This document shows, piece by piece, positions 36,900-47,544 of a stretch of 64,000 bases of DNA (within the stretch, counting starts at the first letter, position 1; each line of letters begins with the position of its first letter). The stretch spans positions 1 to 64,000 of the forward strand of contig JANNVQ010000045.1 in assembly GCA_031414535.1 (NCBI GenBank), in the 5' to 3' direction. The translations under genes were made by a program, and so were the position numbers. The notes beneath the pieces are model-generated. The model was not told the DNA's origin. It worked only from the letters and a program-made list of their open reading frames with translations, and did not search any database. The DNA is from Gemmatimonas sp. (GTDB lineage: Bacteria > Gemmatimonadota > Gemmatimonadetes > Gemmatimonadales > Gemmatimonadaceae).

Positions 36900-38762
36900 A
36901 TGCGCACACTTCCTGCCTTCCTGCTCGCTCTGCTGGCCGCCGCCGCCTCGGCCGCGGCACAGGCCCCCTCCGCACTGAACGAGACGCGGATTGAGATTCG
37001 CTTCCCCAACGCGGTGCATCGCGAGGCGGAGGTGGACATCAGCTTCCGTGCCGTGCCCGCTGGGCCGCTTGAGGTACGAATGGCGCGTAGCTCACCGGGA
37101 CGATACGCCGCCCACGATTTTGCGAAAAACGTGTACGGCGTGCGAGCCAGCGATGCGTCCGGGCGAGCGCTCGCGGTAGAGCGTGTGGAGCCGAATGTCT
37201 GGAGGGTGAGCGGCCATCGCGGCGAGGTGCGCTTTCATTACACGCTGTTTGCCGATCGCGCCGACGGCACCTATGCCGGCATCGACCAGACTCGGGCGCA
37301 TCTCAACATCCCAGCCACGTTCGCGTACGCCCCCGCGCTCGCCACACGCGCCATCGCGGTGACCTTCGTGCCGCCTGATTCCACATGGACAATTGCAACG
37401 CAGTTGCAGCCAACGAGCGATCCACGCGTCTTCCGCGCTCCGCATCTGCAGTACTTCATGGACTCGCCCACCCACTTGGGCGCCCTCGACATCCGTGAGT
37501 GGACCGTCGGAAGCGGTAGCAGCGCGCAGCGCATCCGTCTCGCCGTCAACCACCTGGGCACCCGCGCGGAGCTCGACGACTTCGAGATGAAGACCAAGCA
37601 GGTGGTGAACGAGATGGCGGCGGTGTTCGGCGAGCTGCCACGCTTCGACTTCGGCAGCTACACTTTCATCTCCTGCTATCGTCCCAACTGCGCGGGCGAC
37701 GGCATGGAGCATCGCAACTCGACCTCGCTCACGTCTTCCGGTTCACTGGCGACGTCTGCGGCCCAGTTGCTCGGCACTGTGTCCCACGAGTTCTTCCACG
37801 CGTGGAACGTTGAGCGCATCCGCCCGGCCTCATTGGAGCCGTTTGACTTCTCGGATGCGAACATGAGCGCCGAGCTCTGGTTCGCCGAGGGGTTCACCAA
37901 CTACTACGGGCCGCTGGTCATCCGCAGGGCTGGCATCACATCGGTTCCGCGCTACGCACAGCAGATTAGCGGTGCCATCAACACGCTCACGAACCATCCT
38001 GGCCGCCGCTTCTTTGGCGCCGTGGGCATGAGTCAGCAGGCGCCCTTTGTGGATGCGGCCGCGAGCATTGATCCCACGAACCGCCCCAACATGTTCATCT
38101 CGTACTACACGTACGGGGAGGCGCTGGGCATCGCGCTGGACCTCTCGCTGCGCGCGAGGACGCCGAACGCGACGCTCGATGACGTGATGCAACTGATGTG
38201 GCGGCGCTTCGGCCCGCAGACTTCCAATTACGCGCCCCGGCGCGGCTACACGGTGGCCGACGTGCAGGCGGCAGTCGCCGAGGTGGCGCGCGATACGGCC
38301 TTCGCGCGGGATTTCTTCCGCCGCTACGTAATTGGCAGCGAGTTGCCTGCCTACGCCCCGCTGCTTGAGCGCGCGGGATTCCTGCTGCGCCAATCGGCAG
38401 CGACTCAGGCCTTCATGGGCGATGCACGGTTATCCGCATCAGAAGGCGAAGTCGTCGTCGCTGGCCCAACCACCGCCGGTTCTCCGATGTACGCCGCCGG
38501 CATCTCGGCGGGCGACCGGCTGCTCACTCTGGACGGTCAGACACTGGCCACCAATGCGGATGTGGAGCGCGTGCTCGCGGCGCAAAAGCCTGGCGATGTA
38601 CTTCGGATGACTTGGCAGTCGCGCAGCGGCGCGCGCACGGCGGACATGACACTCACGGCAGACCCACGCGTGGAGGTCGTGCTGTTCGAAGACGCTGGCC
38701 GTACGCCGAGCGCCGCGCAACTGGCCTTCCGCGAACGTTGGCTTTCGTCGCGGCAGCGCTAG
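36900..38762 (+). CDS. M61 family metallopeptidase with PDZ domain
   Basis: Signal peptide; GMEHRNST, HEFFHAWNVERIRP, EGFTNYY; PDZ. Confidence 0.92.
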   Translation: MRTLPAFLLALLAAAASAAAQAPSALNETRIEIRFPNAVHREAEVDISFRAVPAGPLEVRMARSSPGRYAAHDFAKNVYGVRASDASGRALAVERVEPNVWRVSGHRGEVRFHYTLFADRADGTYAGIDQTRAHLNIPATFAYAPALATRAIAVTFVPPDSTWTIATQLQPTSDPRVFRAPHLQYFMDSPTHLGALDIREWTVGSGSSAQRIRLAVNHLGTRAELDDFEMKTKQVVNEMAAVFGELPRFDFGSYTFISCYRPNCAGDGMEHRNSTSLTSSGSLATSAAQLLGTVSHEFFHAWNVERIRPASLEPFDFSDANMSAELWFAEGFTNYYGPLVIRRAGITSVPRYAQQISGAINTLTNHPGRRFFGAVGMSQQAPFVDAAASIDPTNRPNMFISYYTYGEALGIALDLSLRARTPNATLDDVMQLMWRRFGPQTSNYAPRRGYTVADVQAAVAEVARDTAFARDFFRRYVIGSELPAYAPLLERAGFLLRQSAATQAFMGDARLSASEGEVVVAGPTTAGSPMYAAGISAGDRLLTLDGQTLATNADVERVLAAQKPGDVLRMTWQSRSGARTADMTLTADPRVEVVLFEDAGRTPSAAQLAFRERWLSSRQR

Positions 38763-39898
38763 GCTGTAGCGAAGCGTGAGAGACGCCACGGCGCCGGGTC
38801 CACGGGCGGCGTGGCGTCCGTTGCAAGCGCCGCGAGCATCTCGCCCGTGGCGCTGGAGAATTTGAAGCCGAAGCCGTTGCACGGACTCCCGAGGATGATC
38901 TGCGGGTGCTCGGGATGGCGGTCTATGATGAAGTGCCCGTCCGGTGTGTTGGTGTAGAGACAGACGGCGCTCTCCGCGTGCTCACCCACATGATCCGGCA
39001 GCCAATTAGAAAGCAATCGCTGCACCGGCGCGATGTCGCGCTCGTGAATGCTGCGGTCAACACCGGCGACGGTCGTGAACGCACCCGAGCCATGCGCGGC
39101 ACTTTTGATACGGCCATTCATCGTCGGGAAGATCGCGGTGGCATCGCCGTGTTCATCGCCGACGAGCAGCACCGGACCAGCCTCTCGCGGCCGCAAGGTG
39201 GCGCGCTCGGCAAACCAGTGCAGCGTGATTCGCTCCACGCGGAGATTCACGCCAAGAGGTGCGAGCACGTCGGGCATCCAAGCACCCGCGCACAGCACCA
39301 AGCGGTCGGCTACGAAAGTCTCGCCTGCCGTGCGAACGAAGACGCCATCACCGCGCGGGCCAAACTCTAGCACTTCCGTGCCGTACGAGAGCTCCGCCCC
39401 GAGCGCTGATGCCGCCTCAAGCTGATCGGCCACGATGCGCTCCGGGTGCAGGACTCCGGCCCCGGGGTCCAAAAAGCCGACCATGCCTTCGGGAACGTGC
39501 AGCGAAGGCAGCCGATGCTGAATGTCCTCGCGCGCGAGCATTTGGTACGGAAGACCGGTCGCTTCGGCGGAGGCTCGCGAATCCACGATGAAGAAGTCGT
39601 CGGGTGCACCGATGAAGAGACCGCCACTGGCATCGAAGTAGTGGTGTCCAGTCTGTGCGGCCAGATCTCGCCACAGTTCATTCGCGCGTGCAACGAGCGG
39701 CACATACTGCGCACCTTCCCATGCGGTGCACCGCGTGATGCGCGACTCGCCGTGTGTGGAGCCCCTCGTGTGGGGTGGACGCCAGCGATCAAAACCCAGC
39801 ACCCGTACACCGGCACGCGCGAGCGTGAGAGCCGTCGCGCTTCCGACGGCCCCGAGGCCTACAACGATCACAGAGAGGCTAGACACGCCCTCAAACAT
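38759..39898 (-). CDS. solA: N-methyl-L-tryptophan oxidase / monomeric sarcosine oxidase family
   Basis: GLGAVG FAD motif, GSTHGESRITR, VCLYTNTPD, GFKF. Confidence 0.88.
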   Translation of the reverse strand: MFEGVSSLSVIVVGLGAVGSATALTLARAGVRVLGFDRWRPPHTRGSTHGESRITRCTAWEGAQYVPLVARANELWRDLAAQTGHHYFDASGGLFIGAPDDFFIVDSRASAEATGLPYQMLAREDIQHRLPSLHVPEGMVGFLDPGAGVLHPERIVADQLEAASALGAELSYGTEVLEFGPRGDGVFVRTAGETFVADRLVLCAGAWMPDVLAPLGVNLRVERITLHWFAERATLRPREAGPVLLVGDEHGDATAIFPTMNGRIKSAAHGSGAFTTVAGVDRSIHERDIAPVQRLLSNWLPDHVGEHAESAVCLYTNTPDGHFIIDRHPEHPQIILGSPCNGFGFKFSSATGEMLAALATDATPPVDPAPWRLSRFATA

Positions 39899-39944
39899 AT
39901 GCGGTAGATTTCCCAAAACGCATCTCACCTCTGCACCCGCTGCC

Positions 39945-41636
39945 ATGTCTCGCTTCGCTTTTCGCGCTCTATACGCTGCCGTGCTGCTCACAGCGGCAAG
40001 CACCTGCCTCACTGCCCAAGCCGCGTCGGCCGCTGCCAGCGCCGACGTCATTGTGCACAACGGCCGCATCTACACGGCTGAGGGCGCACGTCCAATCGTG
40101 GAGGCGATCGCCATCCGCGGGGGCCGCGTCGTTTTTGCTGGCAACGCCGCCGGGGCTCGTGCCTTAGCGGGTGCCAACACGCGCGTGGTAGATCTCGCCG
40201 GTCGCACGGTCATTCCGGGCATGACCGACGCGCACGCACACGTGCTCGGGCTCGGCGACAAGCTGCAGGCCGTGGACTTGGTGGAGACGCGCTCCTATGA
40301 CGAGGTTCTCGCTCGCGTCGTCGAGCGCGCGCGCAACACGCCCAAGGGTCAGTGGATTCTTGGCCGCGGCTGGGACCAGAACGATTGGGGCAATACCAAC
40401 TGGCCCACGCACGATGCCCTCACGCGCGCCGTGCCAGACCATCCCGTGGTGCTCACGCGCGTGGACGGCCACGCGGTGCTGGTGAACGCGGCCGCGATGC
40501 GCGCCGCCAATCTCACCCGCACGTCGCGCAGCCCAGCGGGTGGCGAGATCATCAAGGACGCACAGGGAAACCCCACGGGCGTGCTGGTAGACAACGCAGA
40601 GAACCTCGTGGCCGGTGTGATCCCGAACCCCAGCCGTGCGCAAGTGAAGGAGATGATTGCGGCGTCCATCACCGAGATGCATCGCTGGGGCCTCACGGGC
40701 GTACACGATGCCGGCGCGTCGGCCCTTACGCTTGAGCTGTACGAGGAGCTCGGCCGCGAAGGCAAGCTCAACATCCGCCTCTACGCCATGATCTCTGACC
40801 ACACGCCCACAATCACGGCGTGGATGCAGCGTGGTCCGCTGCTTGGCGGCTACGATGGCACGCTCTGGGTGCGCAGCATCAAGCTCTACCAAGATGGTGC
40901 ACTCGGCTCACGCGGTGCCGCTTTGCTCGAGCCCTACACAGACGACGCCAGCGCCAACGGCTTGCTCGTCTCGCCGGCGCAGCATATCCGCGAAGTGGCG
41001 GACCGCGCGCTCGTCGCCGGCTTCCAAGTGAACACGCACGCCATCGGCGATCGCGGCAATCGGCTCGTGCTGGACTCCTACGAGGCCGCACTCAAGGCCC
41101 GCCCCACCGCAGACCATCGCTTCCGCGTGGAGCATGCGCAGATTCTCCACAGCGATGACATTCCGCGCTTCGCCCTGCTCGGCGTGATTCCCTCGATGCA
41201 GGCCTCGCACCAGACCAGCGATATGTATTGGGCCGGCAATCGACTTGGCGAAGGTCGCCTGCGTGGCGCTTACGCGTGGCGCTCGCTGCTCAACAGCAAC
41301 GTGATCATTCCCAACGGGTCTGACTTCCCGGTGGAGTACGTGAATCCGCTGATCTCGTTCAAGGCTTCCGTATCGCGGCAGGACGCTAACAACTGGCCGG
41401 TTGGGGGTTGGTACCCCGAACAGAAGATGACGCGCGACGAAGCCCTGCTCTCAATGACGCTTTGGGCCGCTTACGCTGGATTCCAGGAAGCTGAACTTGG
41501 CTCCCTGACGCCTGGCAAGCGCGCAGACTTCGTGATTCTGGACCGCGACATCATGCGCATTCCCACCGACGACATCCTCAGCACTCAGGTGCTGTCCACC
41601 TGGGTGGGTGGGCGCGCCGTCTACGAGAGGCGTTAA
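39945..41636 (+). CDS. Exported amidohydrolase 3 (YtcJ-like)
   Basis: PGMTDAHAH, DGALGSRGA, HAIGD, RVEHAQ, GSDFPV. Confidence 0.92.
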   Translation: MSRFAFRALYAAVLLTAASTCLTAQAASAAASADVIVHNGRIYTAEGARPIVEAIAIRGGRVVFAGNAAGARALAGANTRVVDLAGRTVIPGMTDAHAHVLGLGDKLQAVDLVETRSYDEVLARVVERARNTPKGQWILGRGWDQNDWGNTNWPTHDALTRAVPDHPVVLTRVDGHAVLVNAAAMRAANLTRTSRSPAGGEIIKDAQGNPTGVLVDNAENLVAGVIPNPSRAQVKEMIAASITEMHRWGLTGVHDAGASALTLELYEELGREGKLNIRLYAMISDHTPTITAWMQRGPLLGGYDGTLWVRSIKLYQDGALGSRGAALLEPYTDDASANGLLVSPAQHIREVADRALVAGFQVNTHAIGDRGNRLVLDSYEAALKARPTADHRFRVEHAQILHSDDIPRFALLGVIPSMQASHQTSDMYWAGNRLGEGRLRGAYAWRSLLNSNVIIPNGSDFPVEYVNPLISFKASVSRQDANNWPVGGWYPEQKMTRDEALLSMTLWAAYAGFQEAELGSLTPGKRADFVILDRDIMRIPTDDILSTQVLSTWVGGRAVYERR

Positions 41637-41641
41637 TCGGC

Positions 41642-42025
41642 ATGCCTTTCCGGAATCTTTTCATCATTCGGACTGCCTTGATGACGGGCGTATTTCTGTT
41701 TTCCGCGGTCGTGTTCCTCGGACCGCGATTTGGCCTTATGCCGAAGCAGGAATTGAATCCCCTGGTTGAGCAGCTGCGCTACGCGCTCTGGGGAGCGATG
41801 GCAGTGGCGATGGTGGCTGCGCTTGTGCTGCGCTCACGTGTGGAATCGGCTCGGCCCGAGCAGCAGGGCACCTTGCTCATCATCGGCTGGGCGCTCGGTG
41901 AGATGGCCGCGCTGTTTGGTGGTGCGATGTATATGGCTGGCGGCGGCTCCACGCTGCTCTCGCTGGGCCTGATGACCTTCGTGTTCACGCTGGTCCTGCT
42001 CCCCATTCCGAGGCCCCGCCGCTGA
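41642..42025 (+). CDS. Hypothetical membrane protein
   Basis: About 4 TM helices, IIGWALGE motif; coupled to the next gene. Confidence 0.7.
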   Translation: MPFRNLFIIRTALMTGVFLFSAVVFLGPRFGLMPKQELNPLVEQLRYALWGAMAVAMVAALVLRSRVESARPEQQGTLLIIGWALGEMAALFGGAMYMAGGGSTLLSLGLMTFVFTLVLLPIPRPRR

Positions 42026-42945
42026 TGCGCGTTATTTCACTACTCCCGAGCGCGACGGAGATTGTTGCGGCGATCGGGGGAATGGAGCACTTGGTGGGCG
42101 TCACGCATTGCTGTGACTACCCGCCGCTCGTGGATTCGCGGGTCCGGGTCACGCGCACGGCCATTGATGCCTATGCGGCGCCAGGAGTGGTTGATGCTCA
42201 GGTACGCGAGATTACCGCGAGCGGTGCGCCGCTGTACACGCTTGAGGAAGACCGCATCGCGGCCCTCAAGCCGAATCTCATTCTCACCCAGGCGCTCTGC
42301 GAAGTCTGCGCAGTGATGGAAACCGACGTTCAGGCAGTGGCAGCCCGCCTCGCTACCGTGCCACAAGTCCTCACACTCGCCGCCACAACGCTCGATGGCG
42401 TACTCGACGACATCTCGGCGGTGGGCAAGGCGATGGGACTGGCCGACGAAGCCGAAGAGTTCGTGATTGGGGCGCGCTCACGCATGCGAGTGGTGCACGA
42501 AACGTTGAAGGCCGCACAGGCCCCTCGCCCCCGCGTCGCAGTGATAGAATGGGGCGACCCCATCTACGCCGCGGGCCACTGGGTCCCAGAGATGGTGAAG
42601 CGCGCTGGCGGCATTGACGTGCTCGCCAAGCAAGGTGAGCACTCGGTTGTGGTGACCATCGACGCTGTGCGCGCCGCCGACCCCGAGGTAATCCTCATTG
42701 CACCCTGCGGGTATGACTTGGAGCGCTCCGTGTTGGAAGCCGAGCGCCTGCTCGCCCTGCCCGAGTGGGCGTGGGCGCGTGAGCGCCGCGTGTTTGCCAT
42801 CGACGCCAACGCCTTTGCCAGCCGCCCCGGCCCGAGGCTTGTGGATGGCGTCGAGGTGATGGCGCGACTGTTCAATCCTGATTTGTTCTCACCAGTAGAC
42901 GCGCTCTTCGCGCGCGAACTCTCTCCGGTTGTCCGCTCTGTCTGA
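42025..42945 (+). CDS. BtuF-like cobalamin/siderophore-binding fold protein without signal peptide
   Basis: MRVISLLPSATEIV, VGVTHCCDYP, LCEVCAV, RPGPRL. Confidence 0.85.
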   Translation: MRVISLLPSATEIVAAIGGMEHLVGVTHCCDYPPLVDSRVRVTRTAIDAYAAPGVVDAQVREITASGAPLYTLEEDRIAALKPNLILTQALCEVCAVMETDVQAVAARLATVPQVLTLAATTLDGVLDDISAVGKAMGLADEAEEFVIGARSRMRVVHETLKAAQAPRPRVAVIEWGDPIYAAGHWVPEMVKRAGGIDVLAKQGEHSVVVTIDAVRAADPEVILIAPCGYDLERSVLEAERLLALPEWAWARERRVFAIDANAFASRPGPRLVDGVEVMARLFNPDLFSPVDALFARELSPVVRSV

Positions 42946-42952
42946 GGCCCCG

Positions 42953-44023
42953 ATGCTGAAGCCTGCTGCCGTCTCCTTTCTGAAGAAGCTGCTCGACACG
43001 CCTGGCCCCTCTGGCTACGAGTCCGCGGCGGCCAAAGTCTGGCGCGACGAGGCCAACACTTTTGCCGATGACGTGCAGGGTGACGTGCACGGCAACTCGA
43101 TGGCAGTAGTGAATGCCAAGGGTGGCCCGACCATCATGCTCGCCGGCCACATCGACGAAATCGGCGTCATCATCACCTACATTGATGACGACGGCTTTGT
43201 GTACATCGCGCCGATTGGCGGCTGGGATCCGCAGGTACTGGTGGCACAGCGGATTCGCTTCGTTGGCCGCAGCGGTGAGGTGATGGGCGCCGTGGGCAAG
43301 AAGCCCATTCACCTGATGAAGCCCGAGGAGCGCGAGAAGGCCTCCAAGATGACCGACCTCTGGGTAGACATTGGCGCGACCACGCGTGCGCAGGCGGAAG
43401 CGGTGCTCTCCATCGGCGACGCGGGCGTGATTGATTCGCGCACGCTCGATTTTCCCAACGACCGCATCGTCTCGCGTTCGATTGACGACCGCATCGGGGC
43501 CTTCGTGGTCCTCGAGGCTCTGCGCCGCTACGCGGCCGATCCCGGTGAGGCGCGCGTGGTAGCAGTGGCGACCACGCAGGAAGAGATCGCCTATCGTGGC
43601 GGTGGTGCCCTCGTGGGCGCGCAGCGCGTGAATCCGGCCATGGCCATCGTGGTGGACGTCACCTTCGCGACCGATCATCCTGGCGTCGAGAAGAAGGAAC
43701 TGGGTCACTCGCCACTTGGCTCGGGTCCCGTGCTCACGCGTGGTTCGGTGGTGAGCCCAGTGGCCTTCCGCATTCTGCGCGACACCGCTGAGTTGGCCCG
43801 GATTCCGTTCACGCTTCACGCCGCGGGGCGCGAGACCAGCACGGACGCCGATGCCATTCACCTCGCGCGCGAGGGTGTGGCGACTGCTCTCCTCTCAGTT
43901 CCGAATCGCTACATGCATTCGCCCAACGAGATGGTCTCGCTGGTAGATCTGGATCACGCGGCAACACTCATCGCAGCCGCCTGCCGCGCGGTCACAAGCG
44001 ACACGGACTTTACGGCGCGATAA
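42953..44023 (+). CDS. M42 family aminopeptidase
   Basis: GPSGYE, GHIDEIG, DDRIG, QEE, VDVT, RYMHSP. Confidence 0.93.
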   Translation: MLKPAAVSFLKKLLDTPGPSGYESAAAKVWRDEANTFADDVQGDVHGNSMAVVNAKGGPTIMLAGHIDEIGVIITYIDDDGFVYIAPIGGWDPQVLVAQRIRFVGRSGEVMGAVGKKPIHLMKPEEREKASKMTDLWVDIGATTRAQAEAVLSIGDAGVIDSRTLDFPNDRIVSRSIDDRIGAFVVLEALRRYAADPGEARVVAVATTQEEIAYRGGGALVGAQRVNPAMAIVVDVTFATDHPGVEKKELGHSPLGSGPVLTRGSVVSPVAFRILRDTAELARIPFTLHAAGRETSTDADAIHLAREGVATALLSVPNRYMHSPNEMVSLVDLDHAATLIAAACRAVTSDTDFTAR

Positions 44024-45650
44024 CCGGGGCGCGCACGGCCATCGTCCCGCGCCGTGATGCCTGCGCGACCAACCGCATCGAACCTTCTCGCACCTCGCGG
44101 TCACGGTCATCGCGCAATACTTGAACCGCAGCCATCGCCTGCGGCGTGCGGACGAGTGCGAGCGCGGCGCAGGCTTGCAGGCGGTAGCTCGCTGAGCGCT
44201 TGCGCGGATGCTCCGTTTCACCATTGGCACAGCGCACGAGCACCTGCACGGCCTCTGGATTGCCAATCGTGCCCAGCGCCGCGATGGCGGCGTAGAGCAC
44301 TTCGCGCTCCGGCTCCCGATCAAGCAGCGTGGCCAGCAGCTTGACGGCGGCGGGACCGCGATGCGAGAGAGCGGAAACTGCGCGCAGGCGCACCGTTGCG
44401 TCTTCGTCAGTGGCCGCGAAGCATAACGCATCAAACGCAGCCGGCGACGGAAACCCGTCAAGTGCCGCCGCCACCGCGCGACGCGTTTTGGCATCGGGGT
44501 GACGCAGCTGTTCTAAGAGGAGCTGCTCCGCGCGTGCATCCCCGAGCGCAGCAAGAAGCTCAACGGCCTGCCGCACAAGCGTAGTATCCGTGTCGCGCAG
44601 GGCATCGAAAAGTGCATCGTGCGTGCGGCTGAGCGTGCGCAGCGCCTCAAGGCAAATGCGCCTTGCCTCAGGCGTACTTGCCGACGACCACTCATCAATC
44701 ACCGCCTCGGCACCGTCCGTGCCAAAACGGTACAACAGCGCCTGCAACCGCTTCGCAGTCTCGGCGTCCTCGGCGCGACGGTGCCGCATGACGGCCAACT
44801 GTCGAAGAATGACCGGCGTTGCGAAGCGGCGGATGGCTTGAGTGAATTCGCGACGGCGGTCGTCCGAGGAATCCTGCTCCAATTGGTTGTGCTCGATGGC
44901 AATCAATGCCGCCATCACTTCCACCATGCGATCAAACTTGCCCGTGCGGAAGGCAATGTCGGCAAGAAAGACCATCCGCTCGAGCGGCGACCGCAATTCC
45001 ACGAAGTCCGACGTGTTCGCCAGCTGAGTAAACACAGCGGCCAGTTCCGCGTCCGAACCCTCCGGTACCGGGAGCGCTTCGGTCAGCCGCTCCGAGCGCG
45101 CATCAACTCCGGCCACGCTGTCAGGCATCCTTACCGAGGCCGTCTCGACAACGGGTTCGAGGTCCGCGTTGGTGGCCGGCTGCGTGACGGGAGCTTCTTC
45201 CACCACGGGCTCCGGCGGCAACTCCTTCTTGCGAAGCACCCGCGGAATGGCGCGTCCGTCGATGGCCGCTGCGCGCGCCGCAAAGAACGCAGAGGGATCC
45301 GGCTGCTCCGCCGGCGTCGCCAAGAGCTTCACGAGATCGAACAGATCGGCTTCCGTTGCGCTCCCGCTTAAACTCAAATGCTCGAGGCCATAAACTGCGA
45401 AGCGCGCCGCCAGCGAGGCCAAAGGCTCCGCATTCTCCGCGTCCTCCGCGGCCAGCGGCACGTCCGATTCCCGCAGCACAGAATCGCCCGTACTCGACAG
45501 CGCCAAGGGCGTCTTCTTGAGCGCCTTGGCGATGGCGCGCACCTCCTGCCGATGCTCATTCAGCGCTCCAGGCTCCGACTGCATACGCGCCACCAGCCGC
45601 GCAAAGCGCAGGGCGAGGGGGGAAGCAGTGGTGGAGGGCAAATCGCTCAT
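44010..45650 (-). CDS. HEAT-repeat protein
   Basis: C-terminal PBS/HEAT repeats (LRHPDAKTRRAVAAAL, DEDATVRLRAVSAL, DRDREVREGS). Confidence 0.8.
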   Translation of the reverse strand: MSDLPSTTASPLALRFARLVARMQSEPGALNEHRQEVRAIAKALKKTPLALSSTGDSVLRESDVPLAAEDAENAEPLASLAARFAVYGLEHLSLSGSATEADLFDLVKLLATPAEQPDPSAFFAARAAAIDGRAIPRVLRKKELPPEPVVEEAPVTQPATNADLEPVVETASVRMPDSVAGVDARSERLTEALPVPEGSDAELAAVFTQLANTSDFVELRSPLERMVFLADIAFRTGKFDRMVEVMAALIAIEHNQLEQDSSDDRRREFTQAIRRFATPVILRQLAVMRHRRAEDAETAKRLQALLYRFGTDGAEAVIDEWSSASTPEARRICLEALRTLSRTHDALFDALRDTDTTLVRQAVELLAALGDARAEQLLLEQLRHPDAKTRRAVAAALDGFPSPAAFDALCFAATDEDATVRLRAVSALSHRGPAAVKLLATLLDREPEREVLYAAIAALGTIGNPEAVQVLVRCANGETEHPRKRSASYRLQACAALALVRTPQAMAAVQVLRDDRDREVREGSMRLVAQASRRGTMAVRAPVIAP

Positions 45651-45739
45651 ATTCTGCTGGTGCACATTGGGATGGTCGCATAACATACCCCCTTGACCCC
45701 CGCCAAGACCATAATGCGCCTCAGGCAGCAAGAGCCCGC

Positions 45740-46642
45740 GTGACGCTTCACTGTTGGTCGAGCGCCCAGTACGTCATCAATCTGCCTGAAGGCCATCGCT
45801 TCCCGATTGCCAAGTACGGTCTGTTGCGTGACGCGGTGCTCGCAGAGGGAGTCGTCCACCCAGCGGCGCTGCACGATCCCGCGCGTGCTCCGCTGGAGGA
45901 TGTCCAACGGGTGCACGAACTGGAGTACATCACGCGACTCGTGCGCGGGACGATGCCGCTGGCCGAGCAACGGGCGTTGGGATTTCCGTGGAGCGAAGGC
46001 TTGGTGGAACGCTCGTTTCGCGCGTCGGGCGGCACCCTCGAGGCCGCGGTGCATGCGCACTCGGCCGGCATCGCGATGAATTTGGCGGGCGGCACGCACC
46101 ACGCCTTCGCGACGCACGGCGAGGGCTTTTGCGTGTTGAACGATGTGGCGATTGCGGTGCACGCACTCCGAGCGCGCGGGATGATGCGTCGCGCAGCGGT
46201 GGTGGATCTCGATGTGCATCAAGGCAACGGCACGCACAGCATCTTCGCCAACGACGACAGCACCTTCACCTTCTCGATGCACGGACGCCGCAATTATCCG
46301 TTCCGGAAAGTGGCGGGCCGACTTGACGTGGAATTAGAAGACGGCACCGAAGATGCGGAATATTTGGAGAAGCTCGCCGCGGCCCTCCCGGGCGTGCTCG
46401 CCGCCTCGCGCCCGGACATGGTGTTTTACCTCGCCGGTGCCGACCCACACGAGGGCGACACCCTCGGCAGACTGAAGCTGAGCTTCGATGGCCTCATGCG
46501 CCGCGACGCGCTCGTCCTTGAAGCCGCGAGGGCGGTGGGCGTGCCGGTGACCATCGCGATAGCGGGCGGGTACGGGGCCAACATCCTCGATACCGTACGG
46601 GTGCACCTGAATACCGCCAAGGTGGCGCGCAGCTTCTTGTAG
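45740..46642 (+). CDS. Histone deacetylase-family (Zn-dependent) deacylase
   Basis: HRFP, GGTHHA, GFC, DLDVHQGNG, GADP, GGY. Confidence 0.93.
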   Translation: MTLHCWSSAQYVINLPEGHRFPIAKYGLLRDAVLAEGVVHPAALHDPARAPLEDVQRVHELEYITRLVRGTMPLAEQRALGFPWSEGLVERSFRASGGTLEAAVHAHSAGIAMNLAGGTHHAFATHGEGFCVLNDVAIAVHALRARGMMRRAAVVDLDVHQGNGTHSIFANDDSTFTFSMHGRRNYPFRKVAGRLDVELEDGTEDAEYLEKLAAALPGVLAASRPDMVFYLAGADPHEGDTLGRLKLSFDGLMRRDALVLEAARAVGVPVTIAIAGGYGANILDTVRVHLNTAKVARSFL

Positions 46643-46650
46643 CTTTCGAT

Positions 46651-47535
46651 ATGCCGCCCATTCCGCCGCCTTCGAGTTCCGGCTTCACCGCGCAGACAGC
46701 GCTACCGCTGTACTGGTGCCGCTACGATTCCCCTGCGTCCCATGGAACGCTTGTGGTCCTGCACGGTGGTCCCGGTGCACATCATGACTACTTGCTGCCC
46801 CAGATGCTGGAACTGGCTCAGTCCCATGATCTTCTGCTGTACGATCAGCGCGGGGGCGGGCGTTCCAAGACGGATGATCGCACTCCTATCACGTGGCGCA
46901 CGCACGTCGAGGATCTGGCGCGTGTGCTCGCCGAATTGCACCACGGCCCGCTGACCCTTGTTGGCTATTCGTGGGGTGCGATGCTGGCGATGCTGTATGC
47001 TGTGGAGGCGGCCGCAGGCCGTGTGGGACCCACGCCGGATCGCCTCGTGCTGATTTCGCCGGCGCCCCTGACCCGCGAGTGGCGAGCCGAGTTTGAGGCC
47101 GAGTTTTCCAAGCGCCAGAACAGTGAGGCCGTCACGGCCATGCGCGTCGAACTGCAGGCCAGCGGGCTCCGTGAACGCGACCCTGAGGCGTACAAGCAAC
47201 GGGCGTTCGAGCTGAGCGTGGCCGGCTACTTCGCCGTGCCTTCACGCACCCACGACCTCACGCCTTTCAGGGTTACCGGCCGCGTGCAGCAATCGGTCTG
47301 GGAATCCCTCGGGGAGTTTGATCTAATTCCTGCACTCAAGGGGCTCCACATTCCAGCGCTCGTCATCCACGGAAGGCAGGACCCCATCCCCCTGCACTCC
47401 GCCCAAGCCTGTGCCGCCGCGCTTGGCGCCGAGGGCCTGTGGCTGGATGACTGCGGCCATGTGCCGTATGTTGAACACGCTGAGCAGCTCTTCGCCGCAA
47501 TCGAGGCATTCCTCAAGCGGACCCAACCCAGCTAG
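46651..47535 (+). CDS. Alpha/beta hydrolase (proline iminopeptidase-like)
   Basis: HGGPG, YDQRG, GYSWG nucleophile elbow, GRQD, CGH. Confidence 0.88.
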   Translation: MPPIPPPSSSGFTAQTALPLYWCRYDSPASHGTLVVLHGGPGAHHDYLLPQMLELAQSHDLLLYDQRGGGRSKTDDRTPITWRTHVEDLARVLAELHHGPLTLVGYSWGAMLAMLYAVEAAAGRVGPTPDRLVLISPAPLTREWRAEFEAEFSKRQNSEAVTAMRVELQASGLRERDPEAYKQRAFELSVAGYFAVPSRTHDLTPFRVTGRVQQSVWESLGEFDLIPALKGLHIPALVIHGRQDPIPLHSAQACAAALGAEGLWLDDCGHVPYVEHAEQLFAAIEAFLKRTQPS

Positions 47536-47544
47536 AAAGGCCCG

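Noticed and set aside
45693..45716. TTGACC...CATAAT sigma70 promoter for the deacylase gene
   Set aside because: Spacer is only about 11 nt.
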